From positions 64,001 to 128,000 of the forward strand of contig CAWJRG010000011.1 of assembly GCA_963845185.1 (NCBI GenBank): DNA of 64,000 bases, given 5' to 3'. Below are positions 60,070-64,000 of the stretch, piece after piece (position 1 is the first letter of the stretch; the number at the start of each line of letters is the position of its first letter). Below the pieces are notes generated by a model that did no database searches, was not told the DNA's origin, and saw only the letters and a program-made list of their open reading frames with translations. Made by a program: the position numbers and the translations under genes. This stretch comes from an uncultured bacterium. Its GTDB lineage: Bacteria; Oederibacteriota; PGYV01; CAWJRG01.

Positions 60070-60110
60070 GTTTTTCTCCTTTTGGTTTTAATCTTATAAA
60101 TCGGATTATA

Positions 60111-60911
60111 CTATTCCAAATGTGTTTTGTCAAATTTGTAAGGCGAATCTGGAATTGATGCAAGAAGCAGTTTTGTGTAGTCGTTTAAAGGCTTTTTATA
60201 TATATCGCTTACTTGCCCCTCTTCCACTATCTTTCCTTTGTTTAAAACAATCATCTCATCTGCTATGTTTTTCACAACCCTTAAATCATGTGTGATGAAA
60301 ATTATTAATATCTTTCCCTCTTTGTTCAGTCTTGAGAAAAGCTCAAGTATCTGTGCCTGCACTGATACGTCGAGTGAGGATACGGGCTCGTCCGCAACCA
60401 GGACCTCTGGTTTCATGGTAAGCGCCCTTGCCACAACTGCCCTTTGCCTCTGGCCGCCTGATAATTCGTGCGGGTATTTCTTTAAGATCGAGACAGGCAG
60501 CCCCACCAGGCCAAGGTATCTTTTTACTTCCGTTTCAAGCTGCTCATCTTTTAATTTAAAGTGAAAGTTGATGGGTTCTGAAAGCGCGTCTGATATTTTA
60601 ATCCGCGGATTTAAAGAAGCGAATGTATCCTGGAATATATATTGTATTTTCCTTCTCGTGTAAGGGTTTTTAAAATCAATCGGCTTGCCTTCAAAGAATA
60701 TTTCGCCTGAATCCTGCGTTTCAAGCCCGCATATGCACCTTGCTATGGTTGTCTTGCCTGACCCGCTTTCGCCTACAACTGCAAGCACCTTGCCTTTAAA
60801 AAGCGTAAAACACACCCCGTCCACTGCCTTTACAGTGTCTTTTTCCTCTGAAAACACATGCTCTATTTTAAAGCTCTTTTTTAGTCCTTTTACTTCAATA
60901 ATTTTTTCCAT
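60111..60911 (-). CDS. oppF: Oligopeptide ABC transporter ATP-binding subunit (OppF-like)
   Basis: GESGSGKT, YPHELSGGQRQR and ADEPVSSLD motifs. Confidence 0.88.
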   Translation of the reverse strand: MEKIIEVKGLKKSFKIEHVFSEEKDTVKAVDGVCFTLFKGKVLAVVGESGSGKTTIARCICGLETQDSGEIFFEGKPIDFKNPYTRRKIQYIFQDTFASLNPRIKISDALSEPINFHFKLKDEQLETEVKRYLGLVGLPVSILKKYPHELSGGQRQRAVVARALTMKPEVLVADEPVSSLDVSVQAQILELFSRLNKEGKILIIFITHDLRVVKNIADEMIVLNKGKIVEEGQVSDIYKKPLNDYTKLLLASIPDSPYKFDKTHLE

Positions 60912-60934
60912 GTTTGCCTCTTAGTATTTCACGA

Positions 60935-61023
60935 TGTCATTGCGAGGAGCGAAGCGACGAAGCAATCTCGCATTTTAGGAAAAAACGAGATTGCCACGCT
61001 CCCTTTGGTCGCTCGCAATGACA
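60935..61023. repeat. GTCATTGCGAG-type palindromic element
   Basis: TGTCATTGCGAG...CTCGCAATGACA terminal inverted repeat with an inner GCAATCTCG/CGAGATTGC stem; 89 bp, intergenic. Confidence 0.85.
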
Positions 61024-61055
61024 GAATACGTAGTTGTAGCGAACGATCCCATTAA

Positions 61056-62021
61056 CTACTTTACCGGGAAATAACACCTTACAAAATGTCCCTTCTTTAA
61101 TTCCTCTATTTCCGGGTGCTTTTTTGTACATTTATCCCTGCCGTACTCGCACCTGCCGTAAAAATAACACCTGCCGAGCACCTGCTTTAATTCCGGTACT
61201 TCTCCTTTTATTACCTTGAATTCCCTTTTATCTTCCCTTACATCCGGTATCAGCTCGAATAATGCTCGTGTGTAAGGATGTAAAGCTTCTTTTTCTTTTT
61301 TAATCCTGCAGTCTTCCATTATTTCACCTGCATACATTACAACAACCCTGTCTGCCGTATCTATGGCCAGGTGCAAATCGTGCGTTATTAAAATCAGCGT
61401 AAGCCCCCGCTCCTCTTTTAACTTTTTAAGCGTTTGCATTATCTGCGCCTGCACGGTCACGTCAAGCGCGGTCGTGGGCTCATCCGCGACCAGGATTTCA
61501 GGGTTGCACGACAGGGCAATGGCTATCATTGCCCTTTGCTGCTGGCCTCCTGACAACTGGTGCGGGTATGAGTTGTATACCCTTTTCACGTCGTCTATGC
61601 CTGCTTCTTTTAGAAGCCTTTCCCCGGTATTTTCAAGCTCCTGCTTTTTTGTGTCTTTGTAATGCGCGAGCACGGTTTCCTCAATCTGCTGTTTTATAGT
61701 AAACACCGGGTTAAGGGCAAAGCCTGCTTCCTGGAATATTGTGCTTATTATTTTCCCCCTAATTTTTTCAAGTTTCTTGTTGCTTTTGTCAATCATGCTG
61801 TTGCCGTCTATCAGGATTTCGCCTCTTACAGCTGTATTTTGCGGCAGCAGGTTTATAAGCGCGTTTGCAAGCGTTGTCTTGCCGCAGCCAGACTCGCCGA
61901 CTATTGCTATGCTTTCGCCTTTTTCCACTTTTAAATCAATGTTCCTGAGGGCAAACACTTTTTCCCCGGGATTTATCAGATATTCGACGTTTAGGTTGTT
62001 GACTTCGATGATTTGGCTCAT
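61056..62021 (-). CDS. oppD: Oligopeptide ABC transporter ATP-binding subunit (OppD-like)
   Basis: GESGCGKT, YPHQLSGGQQQR, ADEPTTALD, HPYT and a Cys-containing C-terminal tail. Confidence 0.9.
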   Translation of the reverse strand: MSQIIEVNNLNVEYLINPGEKVFALRNIDLKVEKGESIAIVGESGCGKTTLANALINLLPQNTAVRGEILIDGNSMIDKSNKKLEKIRGKIISTIFQEAGFALNPVFTIKQQIEETVLAHYKDTKKQELENTGERLLKEAGIDDVKRVYNSYPHQLSGGQQQRAMIAIALSCNPEILVADEPTTALDVTVQAQIMQTLKKLKEERGLTLILITHDLHLAIDTADRVVVMYAGEIMEDCRIKKEKEALHPYTRALFELIPDVREDKREFKVIKGEVPELKQVLGRCYFYGRCEYGRDKCTKKHPEIEELKKGHFVRCYFPVK

Positions 62022-62052
62022 ATTTCCCCTTTAATTGTAGAGACACGCCATG

Positions 62053-63666
62053 GAGTCTGTCTCAAAACTCTTTTAAACGCCTTGCATTGCCTACACTTAT
62101 CGCGTTTTTTAGCCCCTATCTTTATTATTTCTCTTCTTTTCGATTTGTGGTTCTTTTCTTGTCAGGTTGCGAACCTTAATTTAACCTTACCTTCCCTCCA
62201 CAAGGCATACATTGTCTTTATGTTATGGGCGGCGCATATAAAAGACCATTGTGTTTTTACGCTTTCGATTCCTCTAACACTAAATCTTGTAAAACCAAGT
62301 ACGTTTTTTATACGTCCCAATAATGGCTCAACTATTGTTTTTCTCTTTCGAAGCTGTTCTTTCCAGTTATTGACCCTAGCTTCTTCTCTGTATATTGACA
62401 CTATCTCCTCATACTCATGCTTATTTGCTTCTATTATCCTTCCGGATTTTACCTTGCTGCATTCGTATTTATAAATACAATCCCTATGATCCCCGCATCG
62501 GTATATCATTGTCTCTTTTCCGTTTTTCTTCTTCCTTATACTGGTATATTCAAGCCTGCCATTTTTAGGACATACATATTCGTTTTTTTCTTTGTCGTAT
62601 TTAAAATGCGCTTTGCCATACGGCCTATCGCTGTCATCCTCCGGCAAGTTAACAATTATATTCCTTTTTTCTTCTTTGGCTTTTGCCAGTTCTTCCGGTG
62701 AATAATACCCTCCATCCGCAAGCGTTACTCCTGATTTTTGTCCGGTATTCGACTCTGCTTTTTCTATCATATCATTCAGCATGTGAGCATCCGATTCCTT
62801 GTTTGTCACATTCTCTGCCACAATTATCTGTTTCTTTGCGTCCACAACAACCTGTGAGTTATATGCCTGTTGCAGTCCTTTACCTCTTGTCATCATGAAC
62901 CGGCTGTCTCTATCTGTGGGGTTTTCAGTTGTTTTTCCTTCACTTTTCATACGTTCTATATGTTCTCTTATTACCTGACGCAGTTTCTCCTTTTCCTGCA
63001 ATTCTTTTGGCATTCCGCACTTACTTTTGCCCTCTTCATCGTCTTGTTCGTCATTTTTCTCAATTTCCACCATTATTTTGTCTATTTCTCTGTCTAATTC
63101 TTGTATTTTTTTATTCATGTCTTTTATTGTTTTGGTCTTTTCCTTATTTACATCTGCCTGTATTTTTGTGCCGTCCACGGCTTGAATTTCAAAACCAACC
63201 AAATTGTTGTTTGTTGCCACACGCACCGTCTCCTTCAGTAAAACCCTTATCTGCTCTTTATTTCCTTTAAAAAATCTCCATAGCGTATTATGGTCGGGAT
63301 GATTATTCCCGGTTATCCATATCATCCCCATTGAATCGTAAGTCATTTTTTCAACTTTTCTGCTGCTCTTTTTTCCTTCCAGTATGCCGTACATCCATGC
63401 CCCAAGTAAAAGATCTACAAAATATCCCGGTCTTCCGGTTTCTTCTTCCATTTTAAAACCCATCTCTTCAAGCGGTAATTCTTCTACGAATTCTACGACA
63501 AATCGAGCTAAATGATCTTTTGAAACCCAATCTTCTATTGCCGGTGGCAGTAGATACATTTGATTTCTATCGGCTCTTATCGTTGGCATTTGGTTTCTCC
63601 TTCGCTAAATTTTGAAACCATTATACCATTTATGTCAAAGAATTAAGAGGCTTTTGAGACAGACTC
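62053..63666 (-). mobile_element. IS1182-family insertion sequence, 1614 bp
   Basis: Perfect 15-bp terminal IR GAGTCTGTCTCAAAA (62053-62067 and 63652-63666); flanking CATG duplication at 62049-62052 and 63667-63670. Confidence 0.92.
62162..63589 (-). CDS. IS1182-family DDE transposase
   Basis: DUF772-like N-terminus (LLPPAIEDWV..HLAR, GRPGY, SSRKVE, PDHNTLWRF); VDGTKIQA, TDRDSRFM, ADGGY and RKTIVEPLLG motifs. Confidence 0.93.
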   Translation of the reverse strand: MPTIRADRNQMYLLPPAIEDWVSKDHLARFVVEFVEELPLEEMGFKMEEETGRPGYFVDLLLGAWMYGILEGKKSSRKVEKMTYDSMGMIWITGNNHPDHNTLWRFFKGNKEQIRVLLKETVRVATNNNLVGFEIQAVDGTKIQADVNKEKTKTIKDMNKKIQELDREIDKIMVEIEKNDEQDDEEGKSKCGMPKELQEKEKLRQVIREHIERMKSEGKTTENPTDRDSRFMMTRGKGLQQAYNSQVVVDAKKQIIVAENVTNKESDAHMLNDMIEKAESNTGQKSGVTLADGGYYSPEELAKAKEEKRNIIVNLPEDDSDRPYGKAHFKYDKEKNEYVCPKNGRLEYTSIRKKKNGKETMIYRCGDHRDCIYKYECSKVKSGRIIEANKHEYEEIVSIYREEARVNNWKEQLRKRKTIVEPLLGRIKNVLGFTRFSVRGIESVKTQWSFICAAHNIKTMYALWREGKVKLRFAT

Positions 63667-63692
63667 CATGGCGTGTCTCTACCTTAATTTCA

Positions 63693-64000
63693 TTACATAA
63701 AAAGCTTCTGGGAAATCTCCATGGTTAAATTCACAAAATAAAAAGGAAAAATTCCTATTAAAATTATGCCCGCTATTGTCAAAAGCAATGCAAGCCTCAA
63801 GGCAACAGGCAGCTTTATCTTCGGGTATTCTTTTGTCCTGTCGAAAATGTACATTTGCTTGAGCACAAGCAGATAATAATAAAGCGATATTGTGCTGTTC
63901 AGCGCGCCGGCTATGACAAGCCACAAATACCCTTTCTGCATTGCGGCGTAAAAAAGGTAAAATTTCCCGACAAAGCCGGCCAAAGGAGGTATTCCCGCAA
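63693..64000 (-). CDS. nuoN: NADH-quinone oxidoreductase subunit N (3' part)
   Basis: AGIPPLAGFVGKFYLF...NSTISLYYYL; 5' part lies outside the window. Confidence 0.9.
   Translation of the reverse strand, partial: AGIPPLAGFVGKFYLFYAAMQKGYLWLVIAGALNSTISLYYYLLVLKQMYIFDRTKEYPKIKLPVALRLALLLTIAGIILIGIFPFYFVNLTMEISQKLFM

Noticed and set aside
60937..61131. 64-aa ORF containing CHCERPKGAWQS
   Set aside because: Translation of the palindromic repeat plus overlap with oppD.
62013..63270. Plus-strand ORFs inside the IS
   Set aside because: Antisense to the transposase; no evidence of a passenger gene.
1..64000. CRISPR array, prophage, rRNA, retron or DGR
   Set aside because: No regularly spaced repeats and no phage, cas or reverse-transcriptase genes seen. 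The Cas4-like domain is part of the helicase fusion, and the DUF2723 repeat differences are not concentrated at adenines as in a DGR.

Overview
Chromosomal window from a low/moderate-GC diderm bacterium (genetic code 11; an outer-membrane beta-barrel and lipoproteins are present; the lineage cannot be fixed from the sequence alone). Almost every gene is on the minus strand. Left part: partial type III glutamine synthetase, MBL hydrolase, ppdK, ferredoxin, purD-purE-tsaC, GH57, GT4, a PAS histidine kinase with two Rcp1-like receivers, a UvrD helicase fused to an Fe-S nuclease, yqeK, a sugar ABC transporter, tRNA-Arg(CCT), ccdA/tlpA, yjbQ and fba. Middle: a complete str-S10-spc-alpha ribosomal supercluster (rpsL to rplQ). 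Right: a tandem array of DUF2723/TMEM260-like glycosyltransferases, a Zn-dehydrogenase/LsrF-like aldolase pair, oppDF, an IS1182 element and the 3' end of nuoN. Most notable observations: (1) the IS1182 sits exactly in the centre of a GTAG-type REP palindrome (4-bp CATG duplication) and its ends resemble the target arms; (2) several distinct orphan palindromic repeat families; (3) two divergent DUF2723 paralogs share a 241-bp near-identical 5' block, next to a truncated third copy and a TGA-interrupted HTH gene; (4) EF-Tu has a non-canonical switch I and uL22 has a 3-residue tunnel-loop insertion; (5) structured RNA candidates upstream of rplC and rpsL; (6) four single-base frameshifts, all at or beside GAGAA. 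No CRISPR array, prophage or rRNA was seen.
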